Source of the DNA: Treponema sp. UBA4873 | Lineage (GTDB): Bacteria > Spirochaetota > Spirochaetia > Treponematales > Treponemataceae | DNA length: 64,000 nucleotides | Assembly (NCBI GenBank): GCA_002399405.1 | Contig: DHDP01000013.1 | Coordinates: forward strand, 150,784 to 214,783 | Direction: 5' to 3' | Part shown: one piece after another, positions 38,331 through 46,417 of the stretch | Layout: each line of letters opens with the position of its first letter | Position numbering within the stretch: position 1 is the stretch's first letter | Notes under the pieces: model-generated | The model's database searches: none | What the model saw: the letters and a program-made list of their open reading frames with translations, nothing else | Told to the model about the DNA's origin: nothing | Program-made: the position numbers and the translations under genes

Positions 38331-39182
38331 TTACTGCTGCGCTTCCGGTGTGTAGTCCTCACCGAAATATTTTTCGCAGATTGTTTTCGACGTTCCGTCT
38401 TTTATCACTTCCGCAAGTCCTTTGTTGATATCCTGCACGAGCTGCTCGTTTCCTTTGCTTATAATCAGGTAGCTGTACGGCTCACCCATAATCTGCTTCG
38501 ACACAGTGTCGGAAACTTCAAGCGGCTTCAGATTAAAGTGATACTGTTCGTTGTAGACGCCGTACATCGGTTTGTCGATGATGAGAAAATCGTATTTACC
38601 GGCTTCAATGTCCTGCAGCTGTGAAATCAAATCCGCTTCGGTGTACTGGATTTTTATCTGCTTGTCAGGATTCGCGTCGTTGTATTCCTTTACCGACGTC
38701 GTAACGTTTGCAGCCGCGTCTCCGACGCATGTTTTGCCGCTCAGTTGGGAAAAATCCTCAATACTGTCGAGGGTGATTTTTCCCGGATTCACGACGATGA
38801 CGTACCTGTTTCTGAAAATAGGATCGGAAAAAAGGTACTTCTCTTTCCGCGATTCAGTCTGTACGAAATTGTTCACACCGATCTGATAGCGGTCGGAGTC
38901 GAGTCCGGCGAAAATAGACGAAAAATCCGTTTTTTCGATAACGAGTTTGTACTGGGGCAGTCTTGAAAAAATCGCCTGAATCAGTTCGATATTTTCGCCG
39001 ACAAGTTCATTCTTTTCATTGACGTACGTAAACGGACGCGGCATTCCGCCCGTAACGGCATATACCGTTTTGACGTCTTTTCCTTCGGCCTTTGCCGAAT
39101 CTGCGTTCTTTTTTGCACACGACGTAACAGCCAGAACTGCAGCCGCGGCTGCAATCATCTGTATTCCTATCCTTTTTTTCAT
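38331..39182 (-). CDS. amino acid ABC transporter substrate-binding lipoprotein (family 3 SBP)
   Basis: Lipobox LAVTSC. Type-3 SBP length and motifs. Confidence 0.8.
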   Translation of the reverse strand: MKKRIGIQMIAAAAAVLAVTSCAKKNADSAKAEGKDVKTVYAVTGGMPRPFTYVNEKNELVGENIELIQAIFSRLPQYKLVIEKTDFSSIFAGLDSDRYQIGVNNFVQTESRKEKYLFSDPIFRNRYVIVVNPGKITLDSIEDFSQLSGKTCVGDAAANVTTSVKEYNDANPDKQIKIQYTEADLISQLQDIEAGKYDFLIIDKPMYGVYNEQYHFNLKPLEVSDTVSKQIMGEPYSYLIISKGNEQLVQDINKGLAEVIKDGTSKTICEKYFGEDYTPEAQQ

Positions 39183-39207
39183 AGAAAGCCTCCCTAAAAT
39201 ACCTATT

Positions 39208-39272
39208 ACCTATTTGTTTAGTAGGTTTTTATATAGTGAGGATATACTACTAAACCGGTAGGTAATTGTCAA
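39208..39272 (-). promoter_or_regulatory. promoter with two ACCTA-N9-TAGGT-type palindromes upstream of the SBP gene
   Basis: The minus strand reads TTGACA (39272-39267), 17 nt spacer, TAGTAT. Site 1 (39245-39263, one mismatch) lies in the spacer and site 2 (39208-39226, perfect) lies downstream. Confidence 0.55.
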
Positions 39273-39303
39273 TAGCTTTCCGATTATTTTTATCCGATTG
39301 CGG

Positions 39304-39975
39304 TTACCGGCGTTCTTCGCTGTTTTCTGTCCGAATTTTTACGTCCCGTATGTAGTTGTATATGGTGTATTTTGAAACACCAAGCTCAGCAGCGACAATA
39401 TCGACTGCCCCCTTTATGTCGAAAATCCCCTGTTCCTGAAGCCGCTGAATAATACTTTTATTTTTTTCAATCGGAGCAATACCGGTAGCTTCGCTCGTTT
39501 CTTTCAGCACTTTCAGAAAGGCGGCGTGGACAAGATTTTCCACTTTGTCGGGATAACTTTCTCCAGCAGATTTATCTTCCGCCCCCCGTTCAGGAGTCAT
39601 GAGTATTTTCATAAACTGATTAAGCGGAGCACTTATATCAAAGCGTATACGGATGCAGCCGATAAGTTCTCCGCCGTCGTTTCTTATAATTATTAATACG
39701 GAGCGGAACTGTTTTCCTGAAGTACTGCCTGATATATACGGGCCTATGCAGTTTTCCGGCGTATGTTCCGCTTTTTTCACCAGTTCAATTTCGGAACCGG
39801 TCAGAAGCGGTTCGTCCTGACGCGCTGAATCAGCAGAGCTGTCTTCATATACGAGAGCCTGCGTTCCGCCGTCGAGAGAGTAAATACGTACGTCGCAGCA
39901 GCTGCCGAATATTCTGCTTATCCCGTCTGCTGCGGCCGTATACGATTCTAATTTTTTCCTGTTTTCTTCAGTCAT
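39304..39975 (-). CDS. YheO-like transcriptional regulator (PAS-like N-domain plus C-terminal HTH)
   Basis: 223 aa. C-terminal AVDIVAAELGVSKYTIYNYIRDV HTH. The N-terminal sensor-like domain has the YheO pattern (ISRIFGSCCDVRIYSLD..). Confidence 0.6.
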   Translation of the reverse strand: MTEENRKKLESYTAAADGISRIFGSCCDVRIYSLDGGTQALVYEDSSADSARQDEPLLTGSEIELVKKAEHTPENCIGPYISGSTSGKQFRSVLIIIRNDGGELIGCIRIRFDISAPLNQFMKILMTPERGAEDKSAGESYPDKVENLVHAAFLKVLKETSEATGIAPIEKNKSIIQRLQEQGIFDIKGAVDIVAAELGVSKYTIYNYIRDVKIRTENSEERR

Positions 39976-39981
39976 CTTCTG

Positions 39982-41052
39982 TCAGATCTTTTTTGATGAA
40001 AAAGTTTTTGATGCAGGATCATACGTCACGCTTTCTGGAACGCCGGGCAGCACGGTGAAATGTTCTGCGACGAATTTTGTAACATCGGTGTCGGCCTTCA
40101 AATCGCCTGTCTTCTGCAGTTCCCCGGAAGCCGAAACGAAAGTTTTACGTCCCCCGCTCACCGACGGCGAATAGTTGTACGAAGCGAGCAGCTGTGCATT
40201 CGTCGCAAGGTCTCCTGCGCAGAATCCCGAGTCATACTGCTCTTTAGCGGCTTCGCCTGGTAATGCCTGAATATAAGCGGCAGCTTTCTGAATCGCGCGC
40301 GTATATGCGGCTGCAGCGTCGGGACGTTCTTTTGCAAGTTTCGTCGTAACGTACGCGGTACAGCAGTACTCGCCCTTGAATTTGTCGTCTGTACCTGTGT
40401 CGAGAATCGTTCTGAAACCGTACTGCTGCTGCGCTTTATACGCGACAGGGTCGTGGATGCCGGCCGCATCTATTGCGCCGTTCGAAAGGGCAAGCCCGAG
40501 GTCGGTGAGCGCATAAACGACGAACGTCACTTCCGCATCGGGGCCGGAGGACTTGATTCCGACGTCTTCAAGTTTTCGCTTGATGTTGAGCGTCGCCGAA
40601 TCAGAAAGGCCGGAGACGCCTATCTTTTTTCCGCGCAGGTCGGACGGCGAATAAATCTTCGAATCAGCACGTGAAAAATATTTCGTGCATCCCGTGTGCA
40701 GGCCCGTCGTGAACGTAATGTCGAGCCCGTTGTCTATCGGCTGGATAAGACTCGCCGTAAGCCCGACGCATGCGTTTATTTTTCCCGCTGCGAGAAGTTC
40801 CGCCGACTGATTCAAATCCACCTCTTCCATCTTGTACGGGATGCCTGCTTCCTTGAATTCTTTGTCGAAGAAACCGTCTATGTATCCGATATGCAGCGGT
40901 GCAAGACAAAGCGAGCCTTTCGCATAACCGATAATTACGACTGGTTTTTCCGCTTCCGCGGACGCCGCCTTCGTTTTTCCTTTGCAGCCTGCAACGGCGA
41001 GACATACGCCCGCGGCGGCAAGTGCAAAAAGCGTTCTGTTAACACACTTCAT
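39982..41052 (-). CDS. NMT1/THI5-like ABC substrate-binding lipoprotein (SsuA/TauA-like, aliphatic sulfonate/nitrate/taurine family)
   Basis: Lipobox LAVAGC. 356 aa with the SsuA-like fold pattern. Partners with the SsuB/SsuC-like genes at 43412-45162. Confidence 0.65.
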   Translation of the reverse strand: MKCVNRTLFALAAAGVCLAVAGCKGKTKAASAEAEKPVVIIGYAKGSLCLAPLHIGYIDGFFDKEFKEAGIPYKMEEVDLNQSAELLAAGKINACVGLTASLIQPIDNGLDITFTTGLHTGCTKYFSRADSKIYSPSDLRGKKIGVSGLSDSATLNIKRKLEDVGIKSSGPDAEVTFVVYALTDLGLALSNGAIDAAGIHDPVAYKAQQQYGFRTILDTGTDDKFKGEYCCTAYVTTKLAKERPDAAAAYTRAIQKAAAYIQALPGEAAKEQYDSGFCAGDLATNAQLLASYNYSPSVSGGRKTFVSASGELQKTGDLKADTDVTKFVAEHFTVLPGVPESVTYDPASKTFSSKKI

Positions 41053-41070
41053 AAGAACCTCCTCTTATTA

Positions 41071-41736
41071 TTAACCTTCTGCCGTAAGCATTCCCTGTTT
41101 CATACGGTAGAACCGATATCTGTTTCTGACGAATGCACTGTCGTGCGTCGCTACAATGACGCACTTTCCCGACCGGTACTGTTCGTCAAGAAAATTCCGT
41201 ACTATTTCCGCATTGTCCTCATCGAGATTGCCCGTCGGTTCGTCTGCTATGATGATTTCAGGGGCAGCATAGACGGCCCGTGCAAGCTCCGCTCTCCGGT
41301 ACTCGCCGCCCGAGAGCTGTTCCGGACAGGAATCCGCAACGTCGCCGAGCCCGAGCCGGGACAAAATTTCGTACAATCTTTCTTCGTTTACGGAGAAGCC
41401 GTTTATAGTCTGCGGAAAAACGATATTTTCGCTCACGGTAAAATTTCCGAGCAGCCCTCCGTTCTGCATAACGTATCCGATTTCACTGTTGCGAAGTTTT
41501 GTCCTGCGGCCTTCACGCAACGAAAAAATATCAGAATCATTAATAAAAACCGTACCGCTTTCCGGTCGTGAAATTCCAGAAAGGCAGTTAAGCAGCGTCG
41601 TTTTGCCGCTGCCCGACTCTCCGAAGATGCAGACGAATTCGCCGCCGGAAATCCTAAGATTAACATTATTAAGCGCATCGAACGATTTGTTCTGCCGTAT
41701 GTATTTCCTGCCTATGTTTTTTGCCTCAAGCGTCAT
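41071..41736 (-). CDS. ABC transporter ATP-binding protein (MacB/LolD/FtsE-type)
   Basis: GESGSGKTT, LSGGEYRRAELARA, IIADEPTGNLD. Confidence 0.85.
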   Translation of the reverse strand: MTLEAKNIGRKYIRQNKSFDALNNVNLRISGGEFVCIFGESGSGKTTLLNCLSGISRPESGTVFINDSDIFSLREGRRTKLRNSEIGYVMQNGGLLGNFTVSENIVFPQTINGFSVNEERLYEILSRLGLGDVADSCPEQLSGGEYRRAELARAVYAAPEIIIADEPTGNLDEDNAEIVRNFLDEQYRSGKCVIVATHDSAFVRNRYRFYRMKQGMLTAEG

Positions 41737-42950
41737 CCGTTCACCTCATGTACTAATGAAACAGGTTCCATATTGTTAATACGAACGAATTGTGCAGTAA
41801 GTGAAATCAGGTACAATACACTGACAGCGGCGGACATTTCAAGAACAATCCGGGTCATTGAATATACGTCCGGAAGCACATACGGAACTGCAAACAATTC
41901 CTTAAGGTGCGTATCAAACAGCCTCAGAAATATGGTTATCGAAACGAATCCCGCCGTACTGCCGGTTCCCGCAAGCAGCGCCGTTTCAGTAAAGAGCATG
42001 CGGAATATCTGCGTCTTCCGTATACCAGCCGTAAGCATGTTTCCGAATTCCCTGCTTCTTGTCTGCACCGTCACCGCAGACAGCGCGAACAGTGCAGTAC
42101 CTGCGAAAACAAAGAAAAGGAACATCAGCATTTTTCCGTATATGCGGAAATCCCTAAGCGTGTCTGCAAACCTCGAGACTAACTCGTCACCGGCAAACAC
42201 GCGTATTCCCGCTGCACCGTACTGTTCGGCAACAGCAGTTTTAAGACCTTCAGAGGCAGTACTTCCGTCAGTTTTGACGAAAACCGCGGATATGCTCCGA
42301 TTTCCGGAAAACGGCAGCTGATTTTTATAGCGCGGATCACCGGCAATCGCGTAAGCCGCACCGTACGTGATAAAGGCGCTGCTGTCGTATCCTATGCCCG
42401 TTTCATCAAGGACGGCCTTAACTGTAAAATGTCTGCCGAAAAACTGTACTGATTCGCCGGGCTTTTTTCGTATATTCCTGCCGACTATTATTTCATCGTC
42501 GCTGATACTGCCGATTCCTTTTTCAGAAAGCCAGGGGCCGACGGAAAAATCAGTTTCCGGGTCAAAGGCAATCAGCTGTATCAGATTGTCGCAGCACGAC
42601 GCTCCGAGCGAAGCCAGAAACAGCTGCGAACTTACTTTTGAAACGCCTTTTACCGCCGCTATTCTGTCGATCCAGTTCCGCTCAAAATTGACGGTGCACG
42701 GCTTTCCGAGAAAAAGAGCGTTGTCGACATTCGTAACATACGCAGCCGGTACGACAATAACGTCCGCACCGAGCCGCTGCCGGGCACGCTCTATGCCTTC
42801 ACCCATGCTCTCCGAAAGAAAACTGCTCAGAAACAGCAGAGCGGCCGTAACGGCAAACAGTATGAGCAGTACGACGGAACGAAATCTCTGATGAATAACA
42901 TTTTTTACTGCTGCCCGTCCGGCGGTTATTTTTTTTATCTGTCCGTTCAT
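41733..42950 (-). CDS. FtsX-like ABC transporter permease (MacB-type periplasmic domain)
   Basis: 405 aa. TM1, a large extracytoplasmic domain, then three C-terminal TM segments. 4-nt overlap with the ATPase gene. Confidence 0.75.
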   Translation of the reverse strand: MNGQIKKITAGRAAVKNVIHQRFRSVVLLILFAVTAALLFLSSFLSESMGEGIERARQRLGADVIVVPAAYVTNVDNALFLGKPCTVNFERNWIDRIAAVKGVSKVSSQLFLASLGASCCDNLIQLIAFDPETDFSVGPWLSEKGIGSISDDEIIVGRNIRKKPGESVQFFGRHFTVKAVLDETGIGYDSSAFITYGAAYAIAGDPRYKNQLPFSGNRSISAVFVKTDGSTASEGLKTAVAEQYGAAGIRVFAGDELVSRFADTLRDFRIYGKMLMFLFFVFAGTALFALSAVTVQTRSREFGNMLTAGIRKTQIFRMLFTETALLAGTGSTAGFVSITIFLRLFDTHLKELFAVPYVLPDVYSMTRIVLEMSAAVSVLYLISLTAQFVRINNMEPVSLVHEVNG

Positions 42951-42977
42951 ACTGTCGCCTCCGTTGCGTGTATCAGA

Positions 42978-43388
42978 TTAGTGCAGATGCTCTCTCCCGC
43001 TTTTCATAATAAGCACGATGAGGTTTCCCGCCGTAACTATAAGAGTAATTATTCCTATTGCATAAATCGCAGGAAACGTGACCGTTCGGCACGGCATCGT
43101 GTTCATCGAACATCCGCCTATAAGGACAAACGGAAGCAGAATGACGAAAATCGTATCAGCCGCGGCAAAAATCGATGTATAAATTTTCTCCCGTGTTGTC
43201 GAAGAAAACACATACAATCCGGCCGACACAAAAAGCAGCACCGCCGTTCCTGTTTCCGCGCGTACGGTCCACCAGCATTTCATCGGAGGTTCCGTGAGTT
43301 CGCATACTTTGAACAACGTGTGCGGCCCGGCAAGCAGAAGTACTGCCGCTGCGGTGTAAACGACTGAAATGAAAATCTTATTTTTCAT
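42978..43388 (-). CDS. small integral membrane protein (DUF4418-like)
   Basis: 136 aa, 4 TM segments, conserved Cys/Trp patch (FKVCE..MKCWWT). This family often accompanies FtsX-type ABC pairs. Assigned from memory only. Confidence 0.45.
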   Translation of the reverse strand: MKNKIFISVVYTAAAVLLLAGPHTLFKVCELTEPPMKCWWTVRAETGTAVLLFVSAGLYVFSSTTREKIYTSIFAAADTIFVILLPFVLIGGCSMNTMPCRTVTFPAIYAIGIITLIVTAGNLIVLIMKSGREHLH

Positions 43389-43411
43389 ACTTTCTCCTTT
43401 TGTTAATAAAC

Positions 43412-44197
43412 TTACAGATTATACTCCGGCTGATGAATGACGCCGCCGTAATTCAACGCATCGAGAATTCTTTTTCGGTACGAAATGAACACGTCCTGAT
43501 TTCGCGCGCGCGGACGCGGCAGATTTATAACGACGGTCTCCTGTATCTTCGCGGGACGAGGGGTCATGATGACAACCTGATCGGAAAGATACACCGCTTC
43601 GTCAACGTCGTGCGTCACCATAAGCATGGTCATCCCCGATTCCCGCCATATGCGCATAATTTCATCCTGCATGTTCATGCGGGTAAAAGCGTCGAGCGCT
43701 CCGAGCGGTTCGTCGAGCAGGAGAACCTTAGGGTGACCGACGAGCGCCCGTGCAAGAGAGGCGCGCTGAGCCATTCCGCCCGACACCTGATGCGGATATG
43801 CGTGCCTGAAATCCTCCAGTCCCACAAGTCTGATAAACTCGTCCACGTCCTTCTTTTTTTCTTTGTATATGTGTCTGGCTTTGAGGCCGAACGCGACGTT
43901 GTCCCTGATTGTCATCCACGGAAAAAGATTCGCCTGCTGGAAAGCAAATCCGATTTCACTCCCCGGTTCCTTCACCGCTTCCCCGTCGAGAAAAACTTCT
44001 CCTTCCGTCGGTTCGTCGAGCCCTGAAACGATTCTCAGCAGCGTCGATTTTCCGCAGCCAGACGGCCCGATGAACGAAACGAATTTTCCCGGTTCAATGT
44101 CTATGCTCAAATCCCTGAACGCGGTTACGGTATCTTCTTCGGGACGGGTCTTTTCGAAAACGCGCGTCACATGCCTGATGCTCAGGTTTCCTACCAT
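43412..44197 (-). CDS. ABC transporter ATP-binding protein, NitT/TauT family (SsuB/TauB-like)
   Basis: GPSGCGKSTLLR, VSGGMAQRASLARAL, LLLDEPLGALD. ATG at 44197 has AAGGGAG upstream. The longer ORF starts at 44218. Confidence 0.85.
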   Translation of the reverse strand: MVGNLSIRHVTRVFEKTRPEEDTVTAFRDLSIDIEPGKFVSFIGPSGCGKSTLLRIVSGLDEPTEGEVFLDGEAVKEPGSEIGFAFQQANLFPWMTIRDNVAFGLKARHIYKEKKKDVDEFIRLVGLEDFRHAYPHQVSGGMAQRASLARALVGHPKVLLLDEPLGALDAFTRMNMQDEIMRIWRESGMTMLMVTHDVDEAVYLSDQVVIMTPRPAKIQETVVINLPRPRARNQDVFISYRKRILDALNYGGVIHQPEYNL

Positions 44198-45162
44198 TTG
44201 ATGACTCCCTTCTGCCACACAAGCAGTCTGCCGCGCACTTTAAACAGCAACGTCAGAATGAGTGAGCACACCACCGCGATGATGAACAGCCCCGTGTATA
44301 CGCCGGAATACACCATCATCTGTTTCTGCCAGTTGATGTACCAGCCGATGCCCGCAGAAGTTCCGACCATTTCCGCCGTCATCAGAGTTATGAACGAACC
44401 GCACGTTCCGTTGAACAGTCCGAGAAATATACTCGGCATAGCTCCCGGAACGGCGACGTGCCATATCTGATACGAATTGCTTGCGCCGAGCGTTCGCGAC
44501 ACTTCAAAATACGATTTGTTGATCGACTGAATGCCGCTGCTCGTCATGAGCGCCACCTGAAACCAGACAGTAAACGCAATAAGAAACACGCTCGCTGAAT
44601 AACTTGTCGGAAAACTCGAAAGCGCAAGCGGAATCCATGCGGTCGTCGGAATAGGTCCCAGTACTTTAACAACGGGGTTAAGCCAGTACGCGGCGCGCCT
44701 GCTGAATCCGAGAAGTACGCCGGAGAAAAAACCGACCACGGCGCCGAAAAAGAAACCCGTCGCAAGAAGACGCAGCGAAAACAGAACGCACTTGAGCAGA
44801 AATATTCTGTCGTGCAGGAACGTCTCGACGATGCGGTCGAGCGACGGAAAAAAAAGAACGGGCAGTACGACGAATTTCAGAGTGAACACGTTCAGTATGT
44901 TGAAAAACAGTATGATTCCGGCATACAGAGGTCCGTGATACGCGAGGTACGAATCGAGCCGCGGAGCAAAAAACGAGACCGCATAGGCAACGGCATATAT
45001 TCCCGTCAGAATCAGAAGCAGATACAGAAAATACGGACGTGCGGCCGCTTTCTGCAGCGGCGAATCGGGAAGCGCCAGCTGGATGAGCAGCGCGAATCCG
45101 ATTGAAGTCGGCGGAAGAATTTTTTTACTTTGTTTTACCACAGCTGATTTCTGTATCATCAC
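44191..45162 (-). CDS. ABC transporter permease, NitT/TauT family (SsuC/TauC-like)
   Basis: 323 aa multi-TM protein with an EAA-like segment (NKSYFEVSRTLGASNSYQIWHVAVPGAMP). Confidence 0.8.
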   Translation of the reverse strand: MMIQKSAVVKQSKKILPPTSIGFALLIQLALPDSPLQKAAARPYFLYLLLILTGIYAVAYAVSFFAPRLDSYLAYHGPLYAGIILFFNILNVFTLKFVVLPVLFFPSLDRIVETFLHDRIFLLKCVLFSLRLLATGFFFGAVVGFFSGVLLGFSRRAAYWLNPVVKVLGPIPTTAWIPLALSSFPTSYSASVFLIAFTVWFQVALMTSSGIQSINKSYFEVSRTLGASNSYQIWHVAVPGAMPSIFLGLFNGTCGSFITLMTAEMVGTSAGIGWYINWQKQMMVYSGVYTGLFIIAVVCSLILTLLFKVRGRLLVWQKGVIKW

Positions 45163-45181
45163 AGCACTTCCCTGACAGACG

Positions 45182-46138
45182 CTACTCGGCGAACAGTCCC
45201 GTGCTCAGATAACGCAGCCCCGTGTCGGGCAGAATCACCGCAATCGATTTCCCCTTGAATTCGGGACGCTCAGCAATCTGCGTTGCAGCCCAGAGCGCAG
45301 CCCCTGAAGAAACGCCGACGAGTATTCCGTCCGACTTTGCAACTTCACGAGCGGCTTTAAAGGCGTCAGCCGCACGAACGGTAATCGCTTCGTCGTAAAT
45401 CGTCTTGTCGAGATTCGGCGGAACGCGGGAAGGATCGACGTCTGAAAAACGGTGGACGCCCGTTATGTCGTTTTCCTCAAGTACCGGTTCGACCGCAGCG
45501 ATGTAGATTTTTTTGTTTTTTCCTCTCAGATATTTTCCCGTGCCGCTCAGCGTTCCGCCCGTTCCGACGCTGGCGACGAACACGTCCACGTCTCCGCCCG
45601 TATCGCGCCAGATTTCCTCTCCGGTTGTCTCATAATGACTCGCAGGATTTGCAGGATTCGCGAGCTGATTGACGTTTAAGTCGCCGCTCTGCGCCAAGAG
45701 GTCGAACAGAAGAAAACCGGCCGCCATGAAATCACCGCCCGTTTCGTCGAGCTTCTGTTTTACTTCGGGAACTTCGCTCATATTCACAAGCTCCGCTCCG
45801 TACGCTTTTATTACCTGCTTGCGTTCTTCGCTCACGAAGTCCTGAATATACGTTTTAAAATGATACCCTTTGGAAGCGGCCAGCGCCGCAAGCGCAATTC
45901 CCGTGTTTCCGCTCGTCACTTCGACGAACGAACCGCCCGGCTTCAAACTTCCGTTTTTTTCAGCATCCTCTATCATGCCTTTAGCAATACGGTCCTTTAC
46001 GCTGTTCGTCGGGTTAAAATATTCAAGCTTTCCCAGAATCGACGCGCTCAGATTGTGCCGCTTTTCATAGTTAACAAGCTCCAGAAGCGGCGTGTTCCCT
46101 ACCAGTTCACTGATTGACTTGTGAATGTTTTTACTCAT
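45182..46138 (-). CDS. cysK: cysteine synthase A (O-acetylserine sulfhydrylase)
   Basis: GNTPLLEL, PLP-lysine context FNPTNSVKDRIA, TSGNTGIALA, GTGGTLSG. Confidence 0.9.
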   Translation of the reverse strand: MSKNIHKSISELVGNTPLLELVNYEKRHNLSASILGKLEYFNPTNSVKDRIAKGMIEDAEKNGSLKPGGSFVEVTSGNTGIALAALAASKGYHFKTYIQDFVSEERKQVIKAYGAELVNMSEVPEVKQKLDETGGDFMAAGFLLFDLLAQSGDLNVNQLANPANPASHYETTGEEIWRDTGGDVDVFVASVGTGGTLSGTGKYLRGKNKKIYIAAVEPVLEENDITGVHRFSDVDPSRVPPNLDKTIYDEAITVRAADAFKAAREVAKSDGILVGVSSGAALWAATQIAERPEFKGKSIAVILPDTGLRYLSTGLFAE

Positions 46139-46370
46139 AGTTTATCTCCCATTAAAAATAAGACTCAAAAAAAAGTCCCGACACCGCTTCCAATTGCAGT
46201 ATCAGGACCTCCGGTTATCCAGTCAGTTCCCCGGGAAACGCTTCCCGTACAGTTACGCAGAACACGCTGAGTAAATCCTCATGACTTAATCAGCGGTCCC
46301 TTGTACTCCTTATTTACCTACTTTTATAATAGGTTTTTAGTATATTATAATTGTTTCACCCATTTGTCAA
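46139..46370 (-). promoter_or_regulatory. promoter plus structured 5' leader with intrinsic terminator (leader copy A) upstream of cysK; unclassified riboswitch/attenuator candidate
   Basis: TTGACA (46370-46365), 17 nt spacer, TAATAT (46347-46342). ACCTA-N9-TAGGT at 46316-46334. The conserved core is GGAACTGACTGGATAACCGGAGGTCC (reverse complement of 46205-46230). A 13-bp stem (46175-46187 with 46196-46208) is followed by U8 (46167-46174), about 30 nt before the ATG. Confidence 0.7.
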
Positions 46371-46417
46371 GTATTTTAGTAGGCAATAAAGGGAATGTTT
46401 CACAAATTCAAACTTAT

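Noticed and set aside
46205-46230. Resemblance of the core to the TPP riboswitch P4/P5 arm (ACCUGAUCUGGAUAAUGCCAGCG)
   Set aside because: Only a local similarity (CUGA..CUGGAUAA..CC.G) is present. The pyrimidine-sensor half with unpaired CUGAGA is missing, since the CUGA in A and B is paired with UCAG. Copy C has no such half at all. None of the downstream genes is thiamine-related.
46139-46370. T-box riboswitch interpretation of leaders A, B and C
   Set aside because: It is tempting because of the terminator/antiterminator logic and a UGGA that could pair with the UCCA end of tRNA-Cys. The canonical T-box sequence (GGGUGGUACCGCG) is not present. The UGGA lies in a stem of the simplest fold and not in a 7-nt bulge. 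I find no conserved specifier-loop or Stem I features, and a UGC codon is absent from copy B. Copy C is far too short (about 45 nt before the core). This remains unresolved without a covariance-model scan.
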